Assembly (NCBI RefSeq): GCF_964204865.1
Contig: NC_135250.1
Span: forward strand, 4,774,001 to 4,838,000
Length of the DNA: 64,000 nt
Direction of reading: 5' to 3'
Source of the DNA: Styela clava
Lineage: Eukaryota
Positions 26,201-40,100 of the stretch are shown here, one piece after another (the stretch's first letter is position 1; every line of letters starts with the position of its first letter). The notes under the pieces were generated by a model. That model was not told the origin of the DNA and did no database searches. It saw nothing but the letters and a program-made list of their open reading frames with translations. Both the position numbers and the translations under genes were made by a program.

Positions 26201-26573
26201 TCTCCATTATATGGTAAAATGTCCACATATAACAGTTTTTTTTATTAATTTGCACGGACTGCCGAGCAGTTTCAACTCGTTGGAACAGTTAAAAAAAAAT
26301 GTTTATTTATTTGCCAGCGGATATTAAATGTCGAACGACATGACTCAACAAATTTATCTTCCATCAACGAGAATAAATTATGTTAAAACAAATTTATATA
26401 GTATTACAAACTTACGAATTGGCAATCATTAACTTGTCTCCTTTTGGAAGTAAATTTTTAGATTTTGGCAAAAGTAATTCACATAACAGCGGCGTAACAT
26501 ATTGAATAACAATAAAATATAAAAATGTTGAAACTGCCGAAATTTGTAGATAAGTTGTATAATCTGCTATCAT
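20280..26573 (-). CDS. tlcd4: TLC-domain multi-pass membrane protein, TLCD4/TMEM56-like, paralog 1 (253 aa, 7 exons)
   Basis: Exons 26573-26416, 25765-25679, 24946-24888, 24376-24282, 24057-23984, 21373-21221, 20415-20280; 762 nt, open frame, all GT-AG. TLC motifs: SGYFIAD, FLAHH, RTLNEFSAPFFNGR, INGTLFMITFFLGRI, IDTLNVYWFHLVVKG. Confidence 0.9.
21844..23672. mobile_element. 1.8-kb hAT-type non-autonomous element in a TLCD4 paralog 1 intron, with a probable nested element at ~22157-23412
   Basis: TIRs tagagctcgaccgatat / atatcggtcgagctcta. Exact TSD attgtaac (21836-21843, 23673-23680). Subterminal ccgata repeats. Inner inverted ends cttgcacataat / attacgtgcaag with ttacg repeats, TSD unclear. 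Confidence 0.88.
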
Positions 26574-29500
26574 TTCGCCAATTTATCTGAAAAATAAATT
26601 TATTGATTATACGGAACGAAATGCATGGCAAAAGCGAAAAGCTCGTACGTCGTGTGATAAATAGTTGCATCTACATTACCTGAAATAGCCGACGCAATTC
26701 CGCATATTTCAGATGAATGGTCTGGGTTAAACCATACTTATTGAATCACATCATTAATCGGCGCTCCAGAAGTGTGTGTACCAATTTGGAGGTAACTACT
26801 TTTGTTCGCCTACGGGTATGTGAAGGGAATGGGACCTATGGGCAGGCGGTATATTCACTTGGCTAACACATACAGTCCCCGAACCATGAACTCGTAATAG
26901 AACTAAAATAAAGAAAATCAGAATAAAATTATGGCCTAACCCTAACCTGGTACACATACTACGGTCTCGGTTAAACCACACTTCATCAAATCGATATTCT
27001 TCTACACTATAGTCTGTCCCGTAATAAAAATATAATTTTCAACCCATTCATTAAAAAAGTTAATGAATTCCTGTACTATATTAACATCATTTCTCTATCG
27101 TCAGAACTATCATCAGGTAGGGTTGTTTAAAAAAAGGAACAAAACAGAGCTTTCCAAGTTAGATAAGACAAATCTCAAAGCCATCTTACGAAATCTAAAT
27201 GCTAAAATCTAGCCTCCTCTCTTATATACATGCATTTATATGAAGTAATCCTATCGAGATCGATACCACACTTAGATCTATCAGTGAATTCATTAAGTTA
27301 AACAAATAACGCGCATACCATTCATAAGGCGGATATGAAAGTATGACACACAGCGAATGAATATAGCATACGTTACCATTCTCTATTTAATACAACGTAA
27401 ACGGATTGCATAGAATTTTACATTAGAACGAAAATTACATCGACTAATTTTGCTCGATTATCACGCTAGCTCGCTAACGAACATGTAACTGTCTGGACCA
27501 ATACTATACGAAGAAAATTTATCTGTAGGCACATACTGATGCTTCATAATGCATAGTGATTTAATATGTTATCCACCACAAAAAGGCGGTTATCATTTGA
27601 TTCGTGAGTTCCGGCAATAAACGTTATGCTGATGTCTAATCTAACCATACTTTTGCCTGCATGAGCAACTATTACTCACTGTCGTTTCAAAACATCTCGA
27701 AAAACCAGTATTCGATGCCATGCCATCTAGAGACGTATTATACAATTCCCATCCAAATGTAGATTATTTATTTACACAATTGAGTGGTTAGCAATGTTCA
27801 GTGTTTACACAAGGACATTGGCTATTGGAAAGCAACTGGCTTAAAGTCGAATAAAGTACACAAATAAGTACAAGACAGTTCCACTGCAATTAAACAATAT
27901 CGACTTCTATCCAAGTCTGGTCTTCACTTGAACGACATATCAAGTACGTGAATTGAAATTTTACCGGATAAAAAAATATATGTGTATATTTTGTCGCTCG
28001 GAAAATTCAACGCAAAATTAGAAGTTGAAACTAATATCTGATAAACCATAATCAAATACTGTCTGTGTAAACTAGAAATGCTACTATCCTTGATCAGCCG
28101 ACTGAATTCCCAAAAGACATTCAGACATAGTATTCGTCTATGTGCGACGATTCGTTTTGGTTGTTTGTAACGCTTGAGTAGCTTCGAGGAACACATTACG
28201 TAAGGTGCGTTAAGCAGAAAAATGTGCTGTTTTTTATTGTAAAAGCGTCTGAAGCGTCGAGTTACATAAATAACGAGAGTTATGGAAGTTCTTAGACAGT
28301 TTTATAAGCTTTGTGTCTAAAGAGTTATACCTAACATCAAACTGACGGTATTTTACCATATTCATAGTGGGAACAGAGACAGACATGTATCGATAATTAA
28401 TTAATTAAATTTATTGATTCGAATAATAAATACTTGGCAGCAAATAAATTTAATTTTAATCTATACTTCGTGAACAATTCTCCAAATTGGTCAATTGGTA
28501 TTTTTTTCGAGCCTAATTCAAATATAATTCGGACTAATGCTGGCTCTAATTGTCGACTTATCTTAAGAACAGACTTTTGGGAAGTTTATGAGAACGGTGG
28601 CCAATAAATATCTGTAAAAATATCGTCAATATTGAAGATTTGACAATACTTTTTTAATATGTAGGTCAGAGCAGAGCGGTGGAGTCGGACACTCTATATC
28701 CAACTACGAATGTATTATAATCGATTATGTTAGGTATGAAATGAGATCTTTTGTGGAAAGCACCCGTCACTAATGCAAAATGCAAAAAAGTGAGATTTGA
28801 GAAATTACTCGCCCTAAACCTAACTGAATAATTACTATTTTTTTCATTTGAAGCGGTGGCAAGGCTTTTGTTTGACGGGGCTTTGCACAGAAGATCCTTG
28901 AAACCTGTAACTACAAGAATGTAATATATATATATATTATGCCTTTTTTATTTTTTCAAGTTTAGTAGGACTAAATTGAGTCTGATTACCGACAAGCAGT
29001 ATTATTAAGTTTCGACTTAACACTATAAAACACCTATACAGAATGTTCATAAATTTCCTTTACAATTTCAATTTTGTTATGAAGTCAATTCTCAATATAT
29101 CTTAACCAGGTTTGTTGTTTTTTGAATGGTAATTGTTCAAGTATTTTTATTCCATTTAATACATCTGTGAGGGCTAAAACAATATATTATATCGATAAAT
29201 TCCCTTTGCAATTTCAAAAAATTTTAAGACTTTATGGACACCTTATATATTTGCAAGAATAATCTAACTAAATTGCTTTATTTCACTAATAAAATGACTC
29301 ACTATATACTCACATAATAAAATTAACCATGGCAACTTTTTAGAAATTTACCGAACGTAGTTTGCGCTTCTTTGCCCCCCAAATATAATGTATATGTTAA
29401 GCGCCGATTTTATGGCACAAACGACGCCTCGTATATGTCATGAATTGATTTTGTATTAAATTTCCTAAGATCGTGTTGCCAACCTAACACTCGAAAGATA

Positions 29501-30716
29501 TTGACAAAGATTGCTGAAACAACTTTTCTGCTGACTTAGACTTTTTCGTTAGCTGCATTTTCCTTCGCAATTATCTATTCAATACCGTGTTTCCTCTAAA
29601 ATGAGACCTAGACTGGAAATACGAGCCTAGTCTGAATTTTATAAATGATGTTAATATATGCACTCTCCTTAAAAAAATACGTACGTGGTATTTATATCTA
29701 AATGGATATCGGTTTTCATATTTTGTATATTTGAAAACCTCGTGATTATCTACTTTGTAATTTTGTTCTTGATAAATGAAAGTAAAATACCCCCCCCCCC
29801 TGAACTCCTTTGCTTTTCCTCTTCTCAAAAATCAATGTAACATCTAACACCCCACCCGAGACCTCCAAATGAGAAGAACTATCGCATATTACATATGGAG
29901 GCAAACAAAATTCGTCACATTCAATGATTAAACCACGTCGTGAAAGTGACATTGGTTTGAAGATCATGTGACAAATAGAATAAGTGTCGATTGCTTCCTC
30001 GCCAACGCATTATATTTCAAAGTGTCAATAGATGGAAGAAACTTTGCGCGATTTTCGTACAATAGCACAGATTGATTGATAATACGTATGGGAAATGGCT
30101 CTAACAGCAGGTGTCGCAACTTGCACATTGCGGGCCACATTAAAATAAACCACCAATGAACATTTAGTTCATTCAGCTGAAATAACAAACATCTGTGAAC
30201 TAATCATGATCATAAAGTGAGATATGTCAAAGACTATATGAACATAGAGCAGCGGTTCCCAACCCGGGGCCTGTACCCACCAAAGGGGCCACAGAGCGGT
30301 AGGTGGGGGCCACAATTCTAGATATAAAACTGATTACCCTTTACAAGAAAACTCCCCGTTCTTCCTAGTTTCATAGCTGGCTAAGGGTATTTCACAGGGT
30401 GTTTACACTTCGTTGAGCATGAATTGTTTGAACATGATGTGTTTTGGAATCTACCGATCAAACTAACACTAACGATAGACAGGGGGCCATTAGTGCTGAA
30501 AGCCACCTGAAGCGAGTCATGAGCCAAAAAAAATTGAGGACCACTGACATAGAGAGTCAATGTAAGTTAAGTGTTATTTGATTTGGACTTATTCTACGCA
30601 ATGTATAGACGGTTTCAAAAACTTTTGAGGAAAACATTTATACTATACACTAGTTAGTGTCATGCCGACATGTCTTACCTGTTTATAACGAGTTTCCATA
30701 TGTACATCTATAACAA

Positions 30717-30910
30717 GATGACCGTACATTTGAACCCACGTACATTTGAACCCATGTGTATATCCGCGGGTTCAATCTATATGCGGGTGCTGAAACCCAT
30801 GGGTTAGGGTTAGTATGGGTTCAAATATCCGTAAAACAGAAAACAAAAAAATTTCTATAGGTACAATAGTATGCAGATGCAATTGTTGTGAGTTCAAATG
30901 TACGGGAACC
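30717..30910. mobile_element. Family-C MITE, second copy
   Basis: Inverted homolog of 450-652. Exact 9-bp TSD ctataacaa (30708-30716, 30911-30919). Confidence 0.88.
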
Positions 30911-30936
30911 CTATAACAAAGCTCAAGACAAGTATA

Positions 30937-31874
30937 CGAGGTGCGGCTAAAATGAAACGGGACTGACGTCACAGATTGCGCAACACGATTAACCATCGGT
31001 AATCAACACTTTTGCAGTGTGGCGTAATATGTGTTCTTCGTTTAACAGCTGTTTTGACACAATATCGCAATTATTTTTGCTTTTCAGGATCCATAAGTGA
31101 ATGTGATAAATTTCTTGTTGAAAGAAAAATGCTGTGCGAGGTCTGATTGAGTTTTTTGGCGATAGGGGGTTCAATTGCAGAATGACGATTGAGCAAAGAA
31201 TTAACATTAAATTTTGTGTCAAACTTGGAAAAATGCATGTCAACTCGGCATGCATTCAATCGTTGAGCTTTCTGCTCCTCAGTCAACTCAAGAGCCTTTG
31301 GCATTATTTTGGCACACACCTTTCGCATTCCCAAAGTGTCAACCAAAATGGTGCGGACCGTTTCTTTGTCCATCCCAATTTCGTTGGCAATGACGCGAAT
31401 TGTTAAGTGACGGTCACTGCGAACCAACTGCCAAACCTTTTCGATGTTGGTATCAGTAGTGGAAGTGCAAGGCCTCCCTGACCTCGGATCATCCTCCACA
31501 TCCTCCCTGTCTTCCACAAATCGCTTGTGCCATTCAAAAACTCTTGTTCTGGACATGGAAGAATGTACATAAACATCACGCAACATCTGCAAAGTCTCAG
31601 TCGCCGTTTTTCCAAGTTTGACACAAAATTCAATGTTAATTCTTTGCTCAGTCGTCATTCTTTAATTGAACCCCCTATCGCCAAAAAACTCAATCAGACC
31701 TCGCACAGCATTTTTTTTCAACAAGAAATTTATCACATTCACTTATGGATCCTGAAAAGCAAAAATAATTGCGATATTGTGTCAAAACAGCTGTTAAACA
31801 AAGAACACATATTACGCCACACTGCAAAAGTGTTGATTACCGATGGTTAATCGTGTTGCGCAATCTGTGACGTC
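30937..31874 (-). mobile_element. Mariner-derived fold-back element: truncated transposase (N-terminal HTH only) between two inverted copies of the 5' end
   Basis: ORF 31658-31071 begins EQRINIEFCVKLGKTATET...VFEWHKRF...DDPRSGRP...LGMRKVCAKIMPK, the mariner DNA-binding region and linker; there is no DDD catalytic domain. 30961-31232 is the reverse complement of ~31610-31874. Left end is ta|cgaggtg; the matching right tip is missing. Confidence 0.92.
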
Positions 31875-32368
31875 CCCACCTGCCTTTCGCCATTTATTGC
31901 CCCCTGAATGAAGTTAAGAATGAGTTTGGGACTTTTAGTCCACCATTACAATTAAAGCGCAGAATACTAACTAACCGATTGCCGTTGCGCTCATGGTTCC
32001 GTCCATGTGCGCGAATATTCTCGGTATAATCTCATAGAAATATACTTCCATGAGCACAATTTAACGCCGTTCAAAAACAATACTTTACATTTGAAATTGG
32101 GGGCTTCCGAAGTATTCGTACCAAGATGGCGCAGAACCTGAAAATAGTATGGGTAACAGAATTAAGGTTGTGCGTCATCTTGATACGGATATTTCCGGAG
32201 CGCTTGAAATCGTCCCTGAACCTTTGCGCACTTTTGCTTCCCATACGTCTTTTCCTGTCGTAAACGATCGCATACCTCCATATCTCAATTCGGATATTCT
32301 ATTCGTTATAGACATCTGAACAATAGAAACGTATTGGGTATGACGTTTATCAAATTGGACGTTGTTGG

Positions 32369-33452
32369 TAGGAATGGGACGAGTCCGGCATTACAGAGAT
32401 TCGACGAATCCGAGTAATAGATCAAGGACTCGAATCGAATCCTCCGAGTCCGTGACGTCACAATGTAGAAGTAGAAAAACTCGGATTCGATTTCGAGTCC
32501 ACGTCGTTTTTACCGAGTCTATAATCAACTTCGCTTTTACTAATTTACGGCTATGTTTGTAATTTTACCCCTATAAATCTCACTACATACGTTAACTAGT
32601 TGAAATTCAAGGTTAGATATGTAACAATATCACTCGTGTGTATTATAAACACTCCTAATAAAAACGACGACAGATATCCAGATAATATAACGCAAGTTAA
32701 AAACTATTGATAGCTTATAACAATGATGAGCCAGTCGCCTTCAAACTATCTATCTTTTTTGGTATACATGTGGTACACAATAAAATATGTGTCAGCGCAA
32801 TATTTCTGAGTTTTCGATTCGCGTGAATAAATATGAAACATGCGCAGGATCAACCCATGAGGGAATCTCATCGATACCTCTTTTAAATCGTGTTTATTCC
32901 GTGCAATCCTTTCTTTAAAATAAAAGCAATGGAAAGCATGGAGCGTTTTAGAACGTTTACATGAACTACTAAATTGCAATCATTGTATTGACGACGAGTG
33001 GCATCTCTCTACCATTTGCGCACGCCACATAGTAAATTTAAGGCTAGAAATATCTGGAATTATGGGGAATCATTGTAGTCAAAAGCTTTTTATTTTTCAT
33101 ATTGACATGTGAGAATTTATAAATAGCCGCCCAGAATTGACGCAAGGTGATGGGCTGGAAATCCAGTTTACAGCCAAGGCGCACATTGACCCACGTTTAC
33201 GTTTGTATTAGGGTCGCCAAAAAAAAATAAAAATATATTTTTAAATTGATTCAACAGCCATCTGCGGAACCATTAGGCAAAAAATATGAGCTACGACGCA
33301 TTTTTGTGAGCGCGCGATGCTGTAATATGGTCAAAAACGTGTTTTTCTACTTTTACATTGTGACGTCACGGACTCGGAGGATTCGATTCGAGTCCTTGAC
33401 CTATTACTCGGATTCGTCGAATCTCTGTAATGCCGGACTCGTCCCATCCCTA
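32369..33452. mobile_element. 1.08-kb hAT-type MITE with ~110-bp TIRs
   Basis: taggaatgggacgagtccggcattacagagattcgacg... / ...tgccggactcgtcccatcccta. Exact TSD gttgttgg (32361-32368, 33453-33460). Confidence 0.92.
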
Positions 33453-34009
33453 GTTGTTGGTCGAGCAAATCGCTGTACAAAGCCCCCGCCAACGATTAAA
33501 TAAGAAAATTAGTATTTATCCAGTTAGGTCTTGGGAATGCAGGTGGCACTGGAAATTCATATTTTCAAATAATTTCTAACTAATTTGTTATTTTGAAACG
33601 CGCCGTGAGTGTTTTTCGCTAATCTCACATTTTTGCATTGATGGCGGGGCTTTGTACAAAAGATACTATTCGTTTATTTTTCGATTAAATGACCCTTAAG
33701 AACACACGGGACCAAGTATCCAGTTGCAGCTACTTTCACTCGGCAAGCCACTCGAGCAAGCAACTCGAAGCGTACGTGACAAAATGTGTCCATTCGAGCG
33801 TGCGGTATCGCACGTACGCAAAGTCTGACTGTTTACGATAGAAACCCTAAACCAGACCACTCGAATATACTACATTCTAATTTCTCTACACAAGCGCATT
33901 TAAAAATGTTTTTATTGCCGAAAGAGAGAGAGCTGTATATAGTGTGTTGTATAAGCGCAGGAAATGTTTTTTTTTGCATCGTGAACTGAATATTGATACC
34001 TTTGGGTAT

Positions 34010-34540
34010 GGTTTTCTATGAAGGTAGTTTGAGATTTTGGTGTGACAACAAGTATCGAAAAGATGCTCAGAAGCTGCTAGACGGTTTTTTAATTTGCCAG
34101 TCGAATCTGACCATTATGTACTAAAGCTTTCCTAGTTTCAGTAAACGCGAAGAGAGTTTTAGGTAGGTACGTTTTCCATGAATGTAGACTGTGACATCGA
34201 TATTACGAGCAAGTATCAAAAATAGGCTTAGAGGCTCAGAAACTGCTAGTTACCTGACAAACGATTAGTCTACCAAATCAGATACTGCTAGACGGTTTTT
34301 CAATTTGCCAGTCGAATCTAGTCTACCAAATCAGATACTGCTAGACGGTTTTTCAATTTGCCAGTCGAATCTAACCTTTATGTACCAAAGCTTTCCTAGT
34401 TTCAGTCTACGTGTGAGTTTTAGGTACGTTTTCTATGAATGTAATTTGTGACATCGATATTACGAGTAAGTAGCAGAAAGATGCTCAGAGGCTCAGAAAC
34501 TGCTAGTTCCTTCAACAAACGATTAGTCTACCAAACTTTC
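34010..34540. repeat. Degenerate tandem repeat with an internal 53-bp duplication
   Basis: Recurrent gttttctatgaa..gta, gctcagaaactgctag and tgctagacggtttttcaatttgccagtcgaatct blocks. tagtctaccaaatcagatactgctag...gaatc is repeated at 34266 and 34319. Confidence 0.8.
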
Positions 34541-35663
34541 AGAGTGACCGAAAGGGCAAAGGCAAAAATGTAAAATGCCGTATGTAAAGTGCTTTTGTTA
34601 ACAGCATATAAATATTTTAGTGACACTGTTAGCTCTGACTCTACGGTACTTTAAAGCATAGGCTTCTGATTCAAAAGGTTGTTCATTACCTTTGCGCATT
34701 CTTGTTTATATATATCGCAAATTTTTGTGGCGTTGGGTTACAAAGAATTAAGTAAACACTGTGTTTTTGGAGATATGGGCAATAAACGTCAATGGCGGGT
34801 CTCTATCGCTGTTGTGTTGATAGTAATTTACGAGTTATAAAGATATAAACGGCGCATCTGGCCATTTATGACTAAACATTCAAATATACCATGCAAGTTC
34901 TTTACCCATAATTATTACCATGTTTTTTTTTTGGTCTTGGTAGTGCAAATTCTGAATACATTCAGTGATATAAAAAGTTGGCAACGTTGATTAGCGAAGT
35001 ATTATTATGAATGAGAGAGCCCATATTGGGCTTTAAATGAGAATTAACGATTTCTGTTTAATTGGAGGTATTCCCATAGTGTGTTTACCAGGTTAGGGTC
35101 AGGCCGCAATTTTATTCCGATTTTCCTTATTTTAGTTCTACTACGAGATCGGGGACTGTCTGTATTAGCCAAGTGAATATACCCCCTGCACATAGGTTTC
35201 AGTCCCTGTATATAATTTGATGTAAAGTAGGGGAACAAAATTAGTTACCTCCATATATATATTGGTACAGGGACATCTGGAGCGCCTGATTGAATGCTTG
35301 CACGACAATCTGCTGTCTGATAGTTACAAAATCGGAAATACTGTAGACCTAAAACTTCTTCTAGGGAAACTCGGCAAAGTCAGTAATTTAGAAACAGTTA
35401 CAGTTGGAAACTAATTTCCGTCGCCATGGATTATTCAATTTACTTTAATGGACACGAAGCGTAACTATGTGCCGTTTTACTAAATTGTTGTCGTTGTTAT
35501 TCTTGTTGTTGAGGTTTGAAAGAATGCTTTTTGCCACAACTAATCGACCAAACGAAATAAAGTGGTCAGTACCGATTTGTTTTCAAGTAACCATAACGTC
35601 ATTTGATTCCCAGCTTACTTGTTAATTGCATAATAGAAGAATACTTTGCCTGTGCCTTCCATT

Positions 35664-36185
35664 ATGGCTGAAACACAGCAAGAACAAGTCGAAGAAGTAT
35701 TCAGCGTTTTAATATGCGTCGATAAAAGTGAAAATTCAGAACATGCTTTTGATTACTACATACAACATCTTAATAAACCGAACCATAACGTTGTCATAGC
35801 CTACGTGGCCGAAATGACATTTCCAGTGGAATACCTATTCGCGGGTGCTGGCGGGAGATTTCCAATGCCAGTAGGAATCGGCCCATCGCCCGCTGTAGCA
35901 CAAGAGCTTATTGAAAACGAACAAAAGAAGAAAAAGAGCATTGAATCAAAATACAAGAAAAAATGTGAAAAATTGGGAATCAATTTTGAATTTAAAATAC
36001 TGGTAGAAGTCCAAGGAGGTATTGGTGCTTCTTTAGTAGAAGAAGCGAAAACACGTGGAACGAATCTCATTATAATCGGCAGCAGAGGACAAGGACTGGT
36101 ACGAAGAACGATACTTGGCTCGGTCAGCGACTACGTTTTACACCACAGTCACGCTCCAACATTAATTTGCCCAAAACAAGAATGA
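35664..36185 (+). CDS. Universal stress protein (UspA-domain), single coding exon, ~173 aa
   Basis: N-terminal VLICVDKSENSEHAFDYY strand/helix. ATP-binding motif G-2X-G-9X-GS (GSRGQGLVRRTILGSVSDYVLHHSHAPTLIC). First ATG at 35664. Confidence 0.95.
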   Translation: MAETQQEQVEEVFSVLICVDKSENSEHAFDYYIQHLNKPNHNVVIAYVAEMTFPVEYLFAGAGGRFPMPVGIGPSPAVAQELIENEQKKKKSIESKYKKKCEKLGINFEFKILVEVQGGIGASLVEEAKTRGTNLIIIGSRGQGLVRRTILGSVSDYVLHHSHAPTLICPKQE

Positions 36186-37018
36186 AATCAATTTCAAAAT
36201 ATTCATAAATATTGCAGACAATGCCCAATATGTGTCTCTCAGCGGTATCAACTATTTTGTTCCAAAATTTTGCAAGACGTAGTACCAGGGGGACTGACTC
36301 CCTTAGTGTGTGTACCATGTTAGAGTTAGGTCATAATTTTATTCCGATTTTAGTTCTATTACGAGTCGGGGACTGTCTGTGTTAGCCAAGTAAATATACC
36401 CCATGCCCATAGGTTTCAGTCCCTTTACACAACTGGATGTAAAGTAAGTGAACAAAATTAGTTAATTTCCTATTATTTTATCATTCATTTTATCATATTA
36501 ATCATTTATTTTACGAACTGATTTACTAATCTATTAGAAAGGTCTTGTACACACCAAAATATTCGTTTTAAAAAATTTTATTTTTTCGTAGCTGGTGTCG
36601 GGGTACAATTTTTTTCAACCGGCTGACGAAATCGATAGTAATTTTTTCCGTAATCCACGGTCCTAACTAGTGCACGCAAAACGTGCATCCGACGTTAGAT
36701 TAGGAGAGTGTCATACATTGTCTTATCGACTTCTCGCGTCATATACCGGTACTTTTGCTTTATTAAACATCGTATATTGCATGCATTAATATGTAAGTCC
36801 AACCAACTATTTACACTGCATGGTGATTATCTATGTTGTGATATAGTTCCGTTGAATTCCGTAATATCGAAACTCAAGATTCACTCACACTCTCGTCATC
36901 GTAAATCCGAATTCACGTACTGATAAAAGTATTTATTGAATTAGTGAACAAGTTATATCCACCCCAACACAACCAAATACCTGGCTAACTAATCCCATGC
37001 CCGTTATAGACTAGTAAC

Positions 37019-37186
37019 CAGTAGTGGGATTCAGCCGGTTCGCACCGGTTCTATAGAACCGTCTCACGGAATTTTATGAGATCAGCGAACCGGTTAGCAT
37101 TACATGACTTTTTGTAACAGAACCGCCTGGAAATATGACATTTGTATGATGGAACCGGCTGACAAAAAATTCGAATCCCACCACTG
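37019..37186. mobile_element. 168-bp hAT-type MITE inserted into a SINE fragment
   Basis: cagtagtgggattc / gaatcccaccactg. Exact TSD ctagtaac. Flanks resemble the 3' part of the SINE at 49056-49376. Second copy at 48338-48517. Confidence 0.9.
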
Positions 37187-40100
37187 CTAGTAACCGAACA
37201 AGAGGCCGTGGTTCGCCACATGAAAATCCTATGTCGCCTTTGCGAATGAAGAAGTAGCCTACATGTTTCTTCAATATTGCTACCTCAATCTGGGAATGGT
37301 TTTTATTGTTGTTTGTTACTTTGTGCCTCATTTTCATTTTTTCTGTCAAGTATCTTCAAAATAAAATAAAACATCGATAATGTGCTGTTACACATTGTAT
37401 TTTACATAACGATATAAAAAAAATACGTGAAAAAAGTAGAACGAAATGCCCAGGATTGAAGCAAAATATGCGCAGCAATGCTAGAATATAAAATAAACTA
37501 ATTTATAAATGAATATACGTAAAGAGACCAATTAATATCAACTGAGCGAAGTCGATATTCGGATGCTAATGATTACCTTCGAAACACGCGCTTGCTTGTT
37601 GTAAATTATTTAGATATTTAGTCAGCTGAGTATTTTTGGGCACGGAATGTACAAATGGATCGTTGTTGTTGTTGTTCTTGATCAGGCTCAATGGGATTTT
37701 TTTTGTGTGCGATGACGTCATCAACATTGTAAAAATTGCGTACTTTCTTACGGTAGTATACTGTGACAGATTGTATATCTGTGCTACTTCGTTTTGGCCT
37801 TCTCCCATGTATTTATGCATCGCTCTCTTGTTCACACAAAGTCCGATGGTTTGAATTACTGTAATATCAAACCGGTACTTCCGTAGTGGCCATAATTTTA
37901 ACCCAATTATCCTTATTTTAGTTCTATTACGAGTTCGGCGACTGTCTGTGTTAGCCAAGTGAATATACCTCCTGTCCATAGGTTTCAGTCCCATTACACA
38001 ACTTGATGTAAAGTAAGCGAACAAAATTAGTTACCTTCATATCGGTACACATGCACACACTTCTGGAGCGTCATCAAACCATCGTCAGATACGTTTTTTT
38101 TACTTTGATGCAAAACGTGAGAAAGATAAAAGATAATCGGAAACGAGTCATCAGCAGATTACATGTTAACATCTGTTCATTTTTCACAGCATCAGAACAC
38201 GCATACTTTCGACTAACTTTTGCTTCGAAGACATTATTGTTAATTATTATGTGCGGTGTGTCGTGTCACTGTTTAGGCCAGGTTAGGAAATTTTGAACTA
38301 AGTTATATGATAAGAGAATTTTAAAATTGTTGGTCCCCTCCTCACTACATGGTAATTGGAGTTGTTGAGTGAGGTTCAGTTCTCGTGAGTGAGTGAGAAT
38401 CAATAGATTTATAGTTCTCGGAAAATTATTGATATCATATATACGAATAATGTAATACTACACAACAGAAAAACAGGCAAAAGACAGGGGGGCAGACAAA
38501 ATCTAAAAAATAGATGAAGAACGAGGAATTACCCATAGAAATATGTCAACTGTAAATCTGCTCAAAGCGAAGTCACATACACTAGGTACACACACTCAGA
38601 AGTGAAGACGGGCGACTCATCTCAGAGTAAAGTTGTAGGCGAATGCTGTAACGCCAAGATCTACTAACTCACCAATACAACACACGTAGGCACGCGCTTG
38701 TGGCAAAGGGAATGAAAACAAAATATTTAGCTGACTATCCTTGATTTAGTAGCCATATCAAACAGTATAAATAATTTAAATTACAGTTCAGCTTCAAAAT
38801 AAAAAGGCCAAAAGTGTTCGGCCGTTAGGTAATGCCACGCGCTTTGTGAATTCACACAAACAAAACAGCAATATATATGCTACGGAGGCCAAAACGAAGT
38901 AGTATCAAGGCTTTTGCATTACCGTTAGTCTGACCGCCAGATCATTGCGATGTGATCACAGAACCACGGTACGCAATTTAAAATTTTGATGATGTCATCA
39001 CATAAAACTTCGAAGTGAAAAACGAATCCCATAGAGTTCACAGATATTTTTGAATTAAATAAAAAGTATAAGCCTTCAGCTTACAACAACAAGCTTTTAC
39101 CACTAGATATTTTAAAACAATTGACCCAGTAGTTAATTAGAAAAGTGATTTTTTCACAACAACAACAAGGAAATGAGGAATACCAACAACAACAACAATA
39201 TAACAGCAAAACGATTTTAGGTCCACTCCATAATGAAGTTAGGTGTCAGGTTATGTCGTTCGTAGTTTCACAGTAGGCCAAATGGTGACACTTTGATGGC
39301 GTTGTGTAACAAAAAAGGTCGTTTCCGCTTCACTTCGCGCCTTTTCATTTTACTTTTGTAACATGCCATTGGCGTTAATTTTTAATGCTTGCATGAGCAC
39401 GCAGTCAGTCGTCAGTTTATTCGTTAGAGAATCAACACATTCAGCGCAGTCAATAATGAAAATATAGAGGAAAACATTAAACAGGTGTTTCGCATTATAA
39501 CAAACAGAGCACGTCGCTTATGAAAATACTTCGATACTCCCGAAGTATGTGAACTAAGATGGAGGACATCGGAACTTAGTATGTGTACCAGGTTCGGGTT
39601 AGGCTATAATTTCAGGTACTAATACTACGGAATTCACTTGGCTAGTCCCCGAATTCCTAATAGAACTGAAATAAGGAAAATTGGGATAAAATCATGGCCT
39701 AACCCTCCTGGTACACATGCTACGTTCCGGTGTCCGCCGTCTTGGTTCACATACTTCGGGAGTACCGAAACCTTTTGGCTTGAAATTGTCTGGTTTATAT
39801 AATGAAAGTAATGGAGGGAGGGCCCTTCCGTCCATAAAATTTCACCTAATTGTATGCGTGCTAGTAAAATTATCTTGTTTAAATAATTTGAGATGACGTT
39901 TTAATTGTTACCAGGTTGAGTCAATATTTTATTTTTGAGTATAAAATTTACTCCGACTAATTCTTTGTTATGACCCGACGACAATGCAAAAACGTGAAAT
40001 ATGAACAAGATTGGTAACTTTTAGGTTGTTTCAATTGATTAGCGTAAGCTCGAAAACTTGCTTTAACATTTAGTGATAATTTTCAGCTTTTACAAGTTTG

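Noticed and set aside
31134-31850. Plus-strand ORFs 31134-31406 and 31527-31850 as separate genes
   Set aside because: They are by-products of the mariner fold-back (inverted 5' copy and antisense frames).
34010-34540. CRISPR-like repeat array
   Set aside because: Eukaryotic context; the units are long and degenerate, with no constant repeat plus unique spacer pattern and no cas genes.
35664-36185. Recent bacterial HGT or contamination as the source of the intronless USP genes
   Set aside because: Base composition matches the host, the genes sit among host MITEs and spliced genes, and USPs are known from several animal phyla. Only a phylogeny could revive the idea.
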